NCBI GenBank assembly: GCA_951406725.2
Contig: OX597829.1
Location: forward strand, 20,522,001 to 20,586,000
From: Octopus vulgaris
Taxonomy: Eukaryota
Length of the DNA stretch: 64,000 nt
Direction of reading: 5' to 3'
In this document: positions 35,641 through 47,757 of the stretch, piece after piece
Layout of the letters: each line of letters starts with the position of its first letter
Numbering within the stretch: position 1 is the stretch's first letter
The notes under the pieces: model-generated
Told to the model about the DNA's origin: nothing
Databases searched by the model: none
The model's input: the letters and a program-made list of their open reading frames with translations, nothing else
Translations under genes and position numbers: made by a program

Positions 35641-38179
35641 ATAGAAAGACCGATTCTATGACACCCTATTACAGACTACCTCGTTGACAAATGACAGAGA
35701 CCTTCTCTTTGTGGCAGGGGACTTCAATGGACATGTTGGACGGCATGTCGGGGGCTTCCACGGCATACATGGAGACTACGGTTTTGGTTCTCGCAATGAG
35801 GAGGGAAGACAGTATGTGAGAGAGAACCGTGATGTGGTAAGAGAGAAATGTGTTCACATAGATGATGGTTCACTTGCACTAAATGAGGATGCAAAGAGAG
35901 AGGTTTGGAGATGCCACTATGAAAGGTTGCTGAATAAAGAAAATAAATGGGATAAAGAGAGTCTGCCGAATGTCGACCCAACAGAGGGACCAGCTATCCA
36001 AGTTGACAGTTCCTTGGTAGTTAAGGCAATTAGAAGCATGAAGACAGGGAAAACCCCAGGCCCATCAGGAATTACTGCAGAGATGCTCAAAATATCTGGC
36101 AGTGTCGGCTATAGCCTAGTCACCCGTATAGTTAACCAGGTGATACACGAAGGAGTCATACCCAATGACTGGTGTAGTAGCATAATGGTCAACTGCTACA
36201 AAGGTAAAGGTGACGCCCTACATACAAGTAATTACAGAGGTATCAAGCTGTTAGATCAGGTAACGAAGGTTACGGAAAGGGTCATAGCCCAACTGATTAG
36301 GGAGAGAGTCAACCTGGATGAGATACAGTTCGGTTTCATGCCAGGGAAAAGCACTACCAATGCCATATTTCTGGTGAGACAGCTGCAGGAGAAATACCTT
36401 GCCAAAGATAAAACTCTGTACCTGGCTTTCGTTGACTTGGAGAAAGCCTTTAACAGGGTGCCCCGATCCCTTATCTGGTGGTCAATGAGGAAACTAGGGA
36501 TAGATGAATGGTTAGTGAGAGCTGTGCGAGCCATGTACAGGGACGCTGTTAATAAGGTGAGGGTTGGCAACAAGTACAGTGAAGAATTCCGGGTAGAGGT
36601 AGGGGTTCACCAAGGCTCAGTCCTCAGCCAACTCCTATTTATCATAGTCCTCCAGGCAATAACAGAGGAATTCAAGACAGAATGCCCCTGGGAGCTCCTC
36701 TATGCTGATGACCTTGCACTAATTACTGAGTCACTATCAGAACTGGAGGAGAAGTTTCAGGTGTGGAAGCAAGGATTAGAATCGAAAGGCTTTAGAGTCA
36801 ACCTAGCTAAAACCAAAGTCCTAATAAATAGGAAGGTAGACAAATCACAAACGCCTTCAGGTAGATGGCCCTGCTCGATCTGTAGAAAAGGCGTAGTAGG
36901 AACTCTAGAAGATGCACCAAATGTAAGCTATGGACACATAAGAGGTGCAGCAATGTCAAAGGAAGGCTAACTGGGAAGATACTTTTTGTATGTGGCACAT
37001 GCTCTGGTGAAATAAACACTGAAAATGCGCAGATACCATCTTCCGCAACACTCCAGGGAGAAAACCTAGAAATAGTTGATAGTTTCCATTACCTAGGTGA
37101 TCAAGTCAGTAGCGGGAGCGGGTGTGCTGAAAGTGTAACTGCTAGAGTAAGAATAGCCTGGGCAAAGTTCAGAGAGCTCTTACCTCTGCTGGTAACAAGA
37201 GGCCTCTTGCTCAGAGTAAAAGGCAGACTGTATGACGCATGTGTACGAACAGCCATGCTACATGCCAGTGAAACATGGGCCGTGACTGCTGAGGATATGC
37301 GTAAGCTTGCAAGAAATGAAGCCAGTATGTTCCAATGGATGTGTAATGTCAGTGTTCATAGCCGACACAGTGTAAGTGCCTTGAGAGAAAAGTTGGACCT
37401 AAGAAGATCAGACATGGTGTGCAAGAGAGACCTCTACACTGGTATGGACACGTGGTAAAATTGGATGAAGATAGTTGTGTGAAAAAGTGCCACACCCAAG
37501 TGGTTCAGGGAACCTGTGGAAGAGGTAGACCCAGGAAAACCTGGGACGAGGTGGTGAAGCACGACCTTCGAACTTTAAGTCTCACCGAGGAAATGACCGG
37601 AGACCGAGACCTTTGGAAGTATGCTGTGCGTGAGAAAACCCGGCAGGACAAGTGAGGCCATAACCCGTGGCCTCTACTTGGGACGTAGTCAGTCCACCTA
37701 TACATACCTTCCTTCTTGGGACACAAAACTCTACTTGTGAAGACCTGTTGAGGCAAGTGAAAATCGAAATCGATCAACATCAATGGAATTTGTAGTTGTG
37801 ATACCAGTGCCGGTGGCATGTAAGAGAACCATCCGAACGTGGCCGTAGCCAGCGCCGTATCGACTGGCCTCTGTGCCCGTGGCATGTAACAAACACGATC
37901 CAATCGTGGCCATTGCCAGCCTCGCCTTACCTCCGTGCCGGTGGCACATAAAAAGCACCATCCGAGCGTGGCTGTTCGCCAGCCTCGTCTGGCACATGTG
38001 TCGGTGGCACGTAAAAAGCGCCCACTACACTCACGGAGTGGTTGGCATTAGGAAGGGCATCCAGCTGTAGAAACACTGCCAGATTTGACTGGCCTGGTGC
38101 AGCCTTCGGGCTTCCCAGACCCCAGTTGAACCGTCCAACCCATGCTAGCATGGAAAGCGGACGTTAAACGATGATGATG
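35641..38179 (+). mobile_element. RTE-clade LINE, right-arm copy with additional 5' sequence (APE remnant, internal deletion)
   Basis: ORF 35684..36970: AGDFNGHVG..GFGSRNEEG joined directly to RQYVRENRDVV, then RT; (GAT)n tail at ~38170. Confidence 0.92.
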
Positions 38180-39117
38180 TAGTATATATATAGATTTATT
38201 ATTTTATTCAATTATATAGTTGACCAAAATATTAATTAATATTAAACTAATTTACTTAAATGTAATACTATGAAATAAATAGACCACCTAACCTTTAAAT
38301 AATATATTGTCTTACAAAACTAATTCTCGAATTAAATTATATAATTCGTTAAATCACATTATAAAATTAATAATAATCATAAAACATAATAAATAAATAG
38401 ATATACGTATCGTAACTAATAATTATCAATAAATTATATATAAATTAATATTTTAGCTACAATAATAATCATAATAATAATCAAACTTAATACAATTCAA
38501 AAGTTAAATAATATTGTTAAATAAAAAACATTACTTAGCGTTTATAAGAAATTAAACTCGTGAAGACGTGTAAAAAATATAATAATATTATCAATGAAAA
38601 TGATGAAAAATATTTATTAATGAAAAAGACGAAAAATATTTAAGCTTCATGAATGAAAGAAAAATAGAATAACAAAAGTAGTATAAATGACTATTTACTA
38701 TAAATTAATTACCAAATAATTATTACATAAAATTAATATTAAATTAATTTATATTACTATAATTAATAGGTCTTAATAAAATTATAAATAATCATTTATG
38801 TATTAGGAAATATCTAAGTTTAAAATTATTCAAATATATTAATATAACACATAATAATATAGTAAATTATACACTAATACTACTAAATTATATCTACAAT
38901 AAATAACATAAAAAGAAATAAGGTTTTATACATACGGAAAAATAAGCTAAACGTATCATATAGATAAATAAATTTATGTTAGCATTTAATTTTAAATGAC
39001 TTTTTACTATAAATTTAAAGTTCAAATAATAAATAAGTAAAATATATATATCATATTTAAATTAATATATATTACTATAATTAATATATCTTAATCAATT
39101 TATATAATCATTTATTA

Positions 39118-40615
39118 GCTAAACCTATTATATAGGTAATTTAATTGATGTTTACATTTAATTTTACGTTCCTCTAATGAGTTTACTAACACATAGTTGT
39201 TATTAAATAATATTTCTTTTAATTCATTATTACACAATGAACAATAATTACTCCATATAGAATATGATTTAGCCCTACAAATAATCTCCCAAGTTAATTC
39301 ATATTTAATAGATCTAGATCTAAGGTCTCAAATATATTTACTGAGACCTGTTGAATTTATTAGATTTTTATTCCTAAAAGAATACATATGTTGTGCTACT
39401 CTAGATTTAATTTTATTCAAAGTGGACCCTATATAAATAGTGTTTAAATTATGATAATTCAAATTCTTATCATCTATTAAAGTTACCATACACTTATAGA
39501 CTACATTATCTAAATTACAATTATTAAATTTACATGTAGTTTTATCCCTACATGTACAATAAATTATATCTTGGTCTTTATTATTATTATTGGAATCAAT
39601 GTTTAATATATCTTTGTAGAATTTATTTAATTTAAATGTATTTAATGAAGAAATATTACCAACATTAGTAGTAGTTGAATACCCAACTCCAAAATTATTA
39701 GTAGAAAAAATGTTATATTTTTTATTATCCATAATGAATATTTCAATTATATTTAAAATCCTTTTAATAAGATTTACTTTAAACTGAACCCCAAAAGGAA
39801 CGATTAACCATATTTTATTTTTATATTATTATTATTATATTTTTTGTAATATTAAATTTATTATCTTCATTAATTGAATTAAATTTTATCTTATTTTTAT
39901 TTTTCATTCCAATATTAAATGTATTATTTACATCATCAAAATACCTATTATTATTAGGATGATAGATACCTAAATAAAATTTATCATAATTCAGATAATT
40001 AGGTTTATCATTATAAAAATCATTTATATTATACTCCTTCAAATTATAATTATGTTTACAAGTATTAAAGAATTTAATATTATTATTATATCCTGCATCA
40101 TGCAGGGCTTTATTATAACAAGGTGCATGTTTATTAAAAATCTCTAAATCATAAGCAAGTAATGATATTCTTTTACCTACATTATTTATCAACGATTCTT
40201 TAACAGAAGGTGGATGATTACTATAAGAATGAATATATTTCAGATTTTCGTTAATTTTATGGAATGGTTGGGTTTCACCCATTATTAAATAAAATTAACA
40301 TCTAAATAATTAACATTATAGTTCTCATTATAAATAGTAATACTTAAACCATATCTTTTAAAGAAATTATAAAGTTTCTTTTTATATAATTCTAATTTTC
40401 TATTTGTACAATCCCTAGTAAGTAATAAAAGCTCATCCCTATATAGACCACCCTCTAAATTAAAATTTTCTAATTGAAGTTCTGATAAAAAAATACCTAC
40501 TAAATCAGTAGCCTGTGCAGAATCTGGTGCCCCCATAGGTATATCAAAATAGTCTCTAGTATCCTTCCTAGCCCATAATTTATTATTATATCTAATTAAC
40601 GATTTCCTAGCCAGC
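39118..40615 (-). mobile_element. Penelope-like element 3, right-arm copy
   Basis: ORFs 40285..40722, 39821..40282 and 39328..39732; carries some stops/frameshifts different from the left copy. Confidence 0.85.
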
Positions 40616-41493
40616 AACTGAGCAAGAGTCTTTTTTGTACATGGCACAAAAGATTGTGCAGCAGCTGACCTGGCAACTTCAAGCACAAACAAGGAACCTT
40701 GTCCACCACAGTCAACAGACACGGGATGGCCTCCCCTAACGCCTGTACAGTCATCACACGAATACTTTTACTATATATTGGGGGCCTTTTGCATCACAAT
40801 AAAAGCAAAATTTCTTTCCTGAGAGATCTTACTGCATGCAATCAAGCCCTATGCATAGCACTCATGGAAACTCACCTCAGCCTTGATATAGAGGATGCAG
40901 AAGTACACATACCAAAATATGCCAGACTATGAACAGACAGAAGAGAAAGGAGTCATAGTGGAGTTGCTGTATACCTCCATGTCGACCTCACACCGCAGGT
41001 CTTACTGTCATACTCAAATTCAGTATGTGACACTCTAATTGTATACATAAGACAACATAATATAGTCATATGCAATACATATTGCCCACCAGATGCTCCA
41101 AACCACATAGTCAAGTTTGAAGATTGCTTCACAAGAATTAAAGAAATCCTCATGAATCTGGATCACCACATGACCATATTTCTTATGGGTGATTTCAACT
41201 TACACAACGTCAAATGGCCCAAAGGTCACATACTCTAAGGATTGACTCATTGCAAGCAAGCACAGGTGGAGTCCATGCTCAACCTCACCAATGCCCTATT
41301 CATGGAGCAAGCAGTACTCAGACCAATTAGGGTAAATAACATTCTGGATCTCTGCTTCATGAACAATATGGACATCATTCATGATGAGAAAGTGACGCCG
41401 ACATTATATACATATATATACACACATATACATATATATATACACACATATACATATATATATAAATATATGTATATACATACATACACACAG

Positions 41494-41526
<33 letters not shown>

Positions 41527-42482
41527 CATACACACAGACACACACACACAAATATATGCACATACATATACACACACACGTATACACACAGATGTATACA
41601 GGGAGTGAGAGTGAGAGAAAATACAGAGAATAATGAGGCATTGTAAACAATTTAATTAGCTACATGTGTTTCAAATAGACTAGCACGACAAACTGATGCA
41701 AACATATACACAGAGACACACACACACAAACACACACATATGTATATATATGCAAGTCAATGAGTTTTCGCATTTGTGCATATATACATATATACTTGAG
41801 ATAGTTGTACATGAAATGGTAGGGATTGTGAAGGTTGGTGTTTACCACAGCAACTGTGTCTCATTCCTGTTTTTATAGTCTTTTATTTTAGTGTTTTCGT
41901 GTAATTAAGAATTTGGTTTATTGATGAAATGCTAGAAATGGCAGTGATTTGTATTTTTATTTTTTTGTAATTTATTGAGAGTGCTGAAAAGATTGTAGGC
42001 CTAAACAAGAATGTATTGTTTATGCAACTCATTTTTCTTTTGTTTCTGTGGTAATGCAATATCCATGGGTATTTTAGTTGTTTGCTTTCTTTACTTACTA
42101 TGTAGAGATGCTCAGATCAATTTATCCATTACTTTTAGGACGCTAAGTTAAATTTGAAGAATATTAGGTACCTACTGAGTGACTACAGAGAAGCTTCTTC
42201 AATGGCTTCAGAAACTGAATGCCTGCTTAATATTCTGAACAAAATTCCTATTGTATATGTTTTGAGTATATATTGATGTATTTTTAATTACTGATTAAAT
42301 AAATCTCAAATATAAATATACTACATAAATATAAATATACTCTCTAAAAGAGAGTAAAAGAGGGTACAGGTATGCCGGTGTACTAATGTTCAGCTGATGA
42401 GAACCAAAAATGTTAGAAGGAAACCAAAAATGAATACAAATGTGATGTTGAAACCAAAGAATATATTTAACCCTGATTTAAA

Positions 42483-43511
42483 TTACACATACAACCCACG
42501 GTTAACTACTCTGTCAACTTGATCCATTTTACATTTCCTTGAGTTATCTATAAACCAATGTCCAAATTTTTTGGCTCGTTTTAACTTTCTTGAATTTCCA
42601 ACTACCCAGTTATTGTTAATAATAACAACATGTTTCTTCTGACGATCTTTTAATTTCATTCTATACCATTGTCCATCAATATATCTGTCAAATGGAAGAA
42701 CTCCATATTTTATTCCACCAAATCGTTTATTAATAAGTTTGTTCAAGTATGCCTGGTCATTTTTTCTTTGAGATACACGTTTATTACCACCTTTTCCTTC
42801 AATTTCTTTGCCAAGACGTCTCATCTTTGAATTCAGTTCTTGCCAGAGAGTTTTCACAGCTTTTGTAGGCTTCATATATATGAAACCTCCAGCAGCAGTA
42901 TTTTTTCTGCCAGCAACACGTGTAATTATCATATCATTTTTCAATGCTATTTTTTTGCATTCATCAATAGGATTAGAAACCCAAAGACAGTCAACTTCAA
43001 ATAAGAGCAATTCAATATCATTCTGCAATAAAGAATTTAAAATTTCTGTACGTTTCACCATTAGTTTTACATAACCAACTTTACTAAAAGTTTGAGCACC
43101 ATTTAGTGAAGTAATGGGCAACACAACAACTTTGACATTAGGCCAATCCTTCTCAAATTGTTGTTTTGATATAGCATCTGTAGTAATAAAGAGAATTTGC
43201 TCATGGATACCCATATTAACAGTGTTACACAACCAACTATAGACAAAAGGTAAATAAGCATTGTTAATAAAAGTAAATAAAACTAAATCATGTTTTTTCA
43301 TAATATCTTTAGCAATTTCAACTGACTGGCTGATTACACCTTCAAGATTTTGAGAATAGCTCTTTTGTTCACTTTTTAAAATTTGTGATTTCAATTCATT
43401 TTTCTGGAGCATTTTCATCCCAATGAACACAAGTGTGCAAGCAAATATAGAAAAGAAAAATAATAAACATAAATAACGTTTTAGACGAAGCATTTTCACA
43501 GATATTGGCAT
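42483..43511 (-). CDS. Type II membrane glycosyltransferase, nucleotide-diphospho-sugar transferase (PF03407/GT77-like) family, 342 aa, single coding exon
   Basis: Intact ORF with N-terminal TM (YLCLLFFFSIFACTLVFIGM). Family-like motifs: TFINNAY..F..SWLCN, LLFEVDCLW..NP (DxD position), GGFIYMKPT, NDQ, NNNWV.G. Polypyrimidine tract + CAG acceptor just upstream (exon starts 43563). Confidence 0.8.
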   Translation of the reverse strand: MPISVKMLRLKRYLCLLFFFSIFACTLVFIGMKMLQKNELKSQILKSEQKSYSQNLEGVISQSVEIAKDIMKKHDLVLFTFINNAYLPFVYSWLCNTVNMGIHEQILFITTDAISKQQFEKDWPNVKVVVLPITSLNGAQTFSKVGYVKLMVKRTEILNSLLQNDIELLLFEVDCLWVSNPIDECKKIALKNDMIITRVAGRKNTAAGGFIYMKPTKAVKTLWQELNSKMRRLGKEIEGKGGNKRVSQRKNDQAYLNKLINKRFGGIKYGVLPFDRYIDGQWYRMKLKDRQKKHVVIINNNWVVGNSRKLKRAKKFGHWFIDNSRKCKMDQVDRVVNRGLYV

Positions 43512-45396
43512 TCCTGTGTAACTTGACAGTGATATGTCCAGAAAACTTTGATGTTATATCACACTGCAAAAAAAAAGAAAAGAAAAGATAATATATAATA
43601 TATATGTATATAAAGACAGTAACAATAACATGAAGAAGGTGCATGGCTCAGTAGTTAGGGCATCAGGCTCGCAATTATGAGGTAGTGAGTTCGATTCCTG
43701 GACTGGGCCGTGTGTTGTACTCTTAAGCAAGACACTTTATTTCATGTTGCTCCAGTTCACTCAACTGCGGAAATGAGTTGCAATATCACTGGTACCAAGC
43801 TGTATCAGCCTTTGCCTTTCCCTTGGATAACATCAGTTAATATAAAAAATAGTTTCAGTCATTAGACTTTAGCCATGTTGGAACACCACTTTGAATTTTT
43901 TTGTTGAATGAATCAACCCCAGTACTTCTTTTTAAGCCTGGTGGTTATTATATTAGACTCTTTTGCCGAACTGCTAAGCTGTTGTCAAGTAGTGAGGGGT
44001 GGGAGAGGGGAAAGACAGACAGAAAGATACACACACACACACATGCATCCACTGACAAGGCTTTGGTTGGTCTGAGGTTATAGTAGAAAATGCTTGCCCA
44101 AGGTACCATGTAGTGGGACAACCTGGAACCATGTAGTTGAGGAGCAAGCTTCTTACCACACAGTCCCTTTCTTTTATATTCACTTATCACTTATGATTTT
44201 TTAGGCATTTACCTTTGATACTGCAGCATTTCAGTTCACTTCATCCAGGTTAAAAAAAGTTATATAAGAAAGTCAATCTTTGGATTACTATCACATCTAA
44301 GGGCCCTAAGACAGTTATGTAGCAGAATTTTATATGCTAAAAAAAAGATTTTAATAAAAGATGTATCATTCTCCATTCTTTATTCTGTATTTCTTATACA
44401 CCCTGAATTTTATAAGAATCTTTTGAAGCAAATTCAGGATTTACCAATTCAAAGAAGCCCAAAAACAATTGTTTATTCTAAACGATTCCAAATGTTTCCT
44501 AATATTTGATGTGGCTAGCCAAGTCTAGATTTTTAACAGTGTTAGTAAAGTATCTACCTGGATTTAAAATCCCTATTCCTTTGTGGTACACACACATATT
44601 GATGGGTTACATGGTTTGACTGAAACTGGTAAGCTGGAGAGCTGCATCAGATTCCAGTCTAATTTAAGAAGAGCTGGATGCCCTTCCTAATGCCAACCAC
44701 CCCAAGAGGGCAATGGGTGCTTTTATGTGCCACCAGCATGAGTACCATTTACATGGCACCAGTAATGACTATAATTTCACAGGTGTGTGTGTGTGCATAT
44801 GTGTGATGTATGTATGTATAGGTAATGACACCCTTCAGTCATGAGTGACCATGGGATTACACCTAGAAGTTCCCCTCTGAGGCACAAGTCCAGGCAAGGT
44901 TGTTTATGAAAGACCAGCCATGCATACCAGCCTCCCCTCTTCATGCCACCAATGTTATCCAAGGCAAAGGCCAACAGCTTGGTACCAGTGACATCGCAAC
45001 TCATTTCTACAGCTGAGTGAACTGGAGCAACATGAAATAAAGTGTCTTGCTCAAGAACACAACACGCAGCCCAGTCCAGGAATCAAACTCATTACCTCAT
45101 GATTGTGAGCCTGACACTCTAACCACCGAGCCATGCACCTTATCTGTTTAGTTTAGTTTGGGCAAAAGCCTCATTATGCCTTCTTAAAAGCTCCTGTGCT
45201 TCTTAATGTCAGCTGCCACATGTTAATTCCATCTCCCAGGGTAATCTAATAGTATGGGCATACATTTGGAACTCCTTTCTGCTTAGGATAAATACTACAA
45301 TAATAACATGCAGATTGAAATTCAAAGGCTTTGTTAATTAAGCTTGATTAATAAAGTTTAATAAAACCTATTAATTACCATCCCCTGTTATTATTG

Positions 45397-45433
<37 letters not shown>

Positions 45434-46022
45434 ATGCAATTGGACTGAGCATAAAAACAGAGCAATGTGCAGAGGAATCATACACACACATACATCCCAT
45501 ATATAGCATCATTCAAAAGCTAAAATGATGCAAAGCACATTGTAACCAGTGATATATAACAATATCCAATGATCTGGTTGGTCAAATTATTTATATATAT
45601 ATATATCATCATTTAACGTCTACCTTCCATGCTGGCATGGGTGGGACGGTTTGACAAGAGCCAGCCAGGCAGAAGCCTGCACCAGACTTCTGTGACTGTT
45701 TTGGCAGGATTTTTACAGATGGATACCTTTCATAACACCAACCACTAAGCAGAGTGGACTCTTATATGTGGCAGAGCTTTTTACATGGCACAAGCACAGG
45801 TGAGGTCAGTTTTGGCAAAGCTTTTACAGTTGGACGCCCTACCAAACACTAACCACTTTACAGTGTGAACTGGGGTACTTTTAAATGGCACCTGCACTGA
45901 CAGGGTCGCCAAGTACTTGCTAAACAAAAAAAAATTTCAAGAGAGGAGTCATTGGAGGAGGAGGACAGATAGAAGTGTCTTGCTGCAGAGGAATACAAGG
46001 TTACCCATCCAGAGAAAGAGAA

Positions 46023-46100
<78 letters not shown>

Positions 46101-47408
46101 TCAGGAATGAAGACAGAAACAGGTGAGCTACTGCAAAGGAAATACACAGTTACCCAACCTGAGTGTGTTTGTGTGCGTATGAGTATCTACCTCTGCATGA
46201 GTATATATACGTATGTACGTATCTATGTGTACATATTCTTCTGTATGTATATTCGTCTTTTCCTACTTGTATCCCTTTCCCAGTGTCGAAACACACTAGG
46301 ATCATAAATTAGGTCAGCCCACAACATACATCATTAACATCCTCTTCCTTCGATGCCATACAATTGTTTAGTTATCTATTTAATAGATCTTTTCACTTCA
46401 AGTTGTCACAGACTAATGCAGCTGTGTGATCAAATGCATCATCTTCCATTGGACAAATTTTGGTAACAATGGTTCTGCCTGTACTGGCTGACACACTGGC
46501 AGCATATGATGGATAAACCATTTTGCTATATGCAGCACTGCCCACTGTACTACTCCTCCTTCTTCTTTTCTGTTCTTTTTCTTCTTCCTTGCCTTTGGAT
46601 TCTTCCCCTCCTTCTACTTCTCTTTCACCTTCTTCCATTCCTTTTCTTACTCATATCTTTATATGTATCCACCCTCTTGATTCCTCTCCACCACCAGCAC
46701 ATAATATCTTCCCCACAAACTCATTCTACACACACACTTTTAATTTTTTCTTTTTTATTTTCTCTCGGTACTTTCCTAACAAGCTCTGATAGATGCACAA
46801 TGTAATAGCACACCTTTGATGCAAGTCTGAGGAAGTGCCTCTCCAATGCCTAAAACTGCAAATACTATGCAATTTTTATTTTAAATTTTTTATACAAACT
46901 GGTGTTGCAAATGGAGATAGTAGGGAAACATTTGTAACTTATAATTAAAGATGTGTTAAGAATTTTCTTTGTCTTCTTTTCATTGGTGTATATGTATATA
47001 TATATACACTTTACTCTCTCTTTTACTTGTTTCAGTCATTTGACTGTGGCCATGCTGGAGCACGCCTTTAGTCAAGCATATCAGCCCCAGGACTTATTCT
47101 TTGTAAGCCTAGTACTTATTCTATTGTTATCTTTTGCCGAACCGCTAAGCTACGGGGATTGTAAACACACCAGCATCGGTTGTCAAGTGATGTTGGGGGC
47201 AAAAACACAGACACACATACATACATATATATATATACGATGGGCTTCTTTCAGTTTCCGTTTACCAAATTCACTCACAAGGCTTTGGTAGAAGACAATT
47301 GCCTAAGGTGCCACGCAGTGGGGCTGAACCCAGAACCATGTGGTTAGTAAGCAAGCTACTTATCACATAGCCATTCCTATGCCTGCTTACCACACAGCCA
47401 CTCCTATG

Positions 47409-47453
<45 letters not shown>

Positions 47454-47454
<1 letters not shown>

Positions 47455-47682
47455 CAATAATAATTCTCTAAAAGAGATATAGACAGTAACTGCTCGATAA
47501 CATAAGGGACTAAAGCCATCTGAATATGGCTAGGGACAGGGCAGGGTGGTGGGGGTGTTACTGTCAAAGGCCGACACCGTCACGGTGGGACACCGTGACG
47601 GTGTCGTGTGACGTGTGCTGGGCAACAGTAACACCCCCACCACCCTGCCCTGTCCCTAGCCATATTCAGATGGCTTTAGTCC

Positions 47683-47686
<4 letters not shown>
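47454..47686. mobile_element. Right-arm-specific MITE inserted in (TA)n, 61-bp perfect inverted repeats
   Basis: 47504..47564 is the exact reverse complement of 47625..47685; absent from the (TA)n at 14037..14069. Confidence 0.85.

Positions 47687-47757
<71 letters not shown>

Noticed and set aside
39326-39330. In-frame TGA in a Penelope ORF as possible selenocysteine
   Set aside because: The left-arm copy has TGG (Trp) here, so it is an ordinary nonsense mutation.
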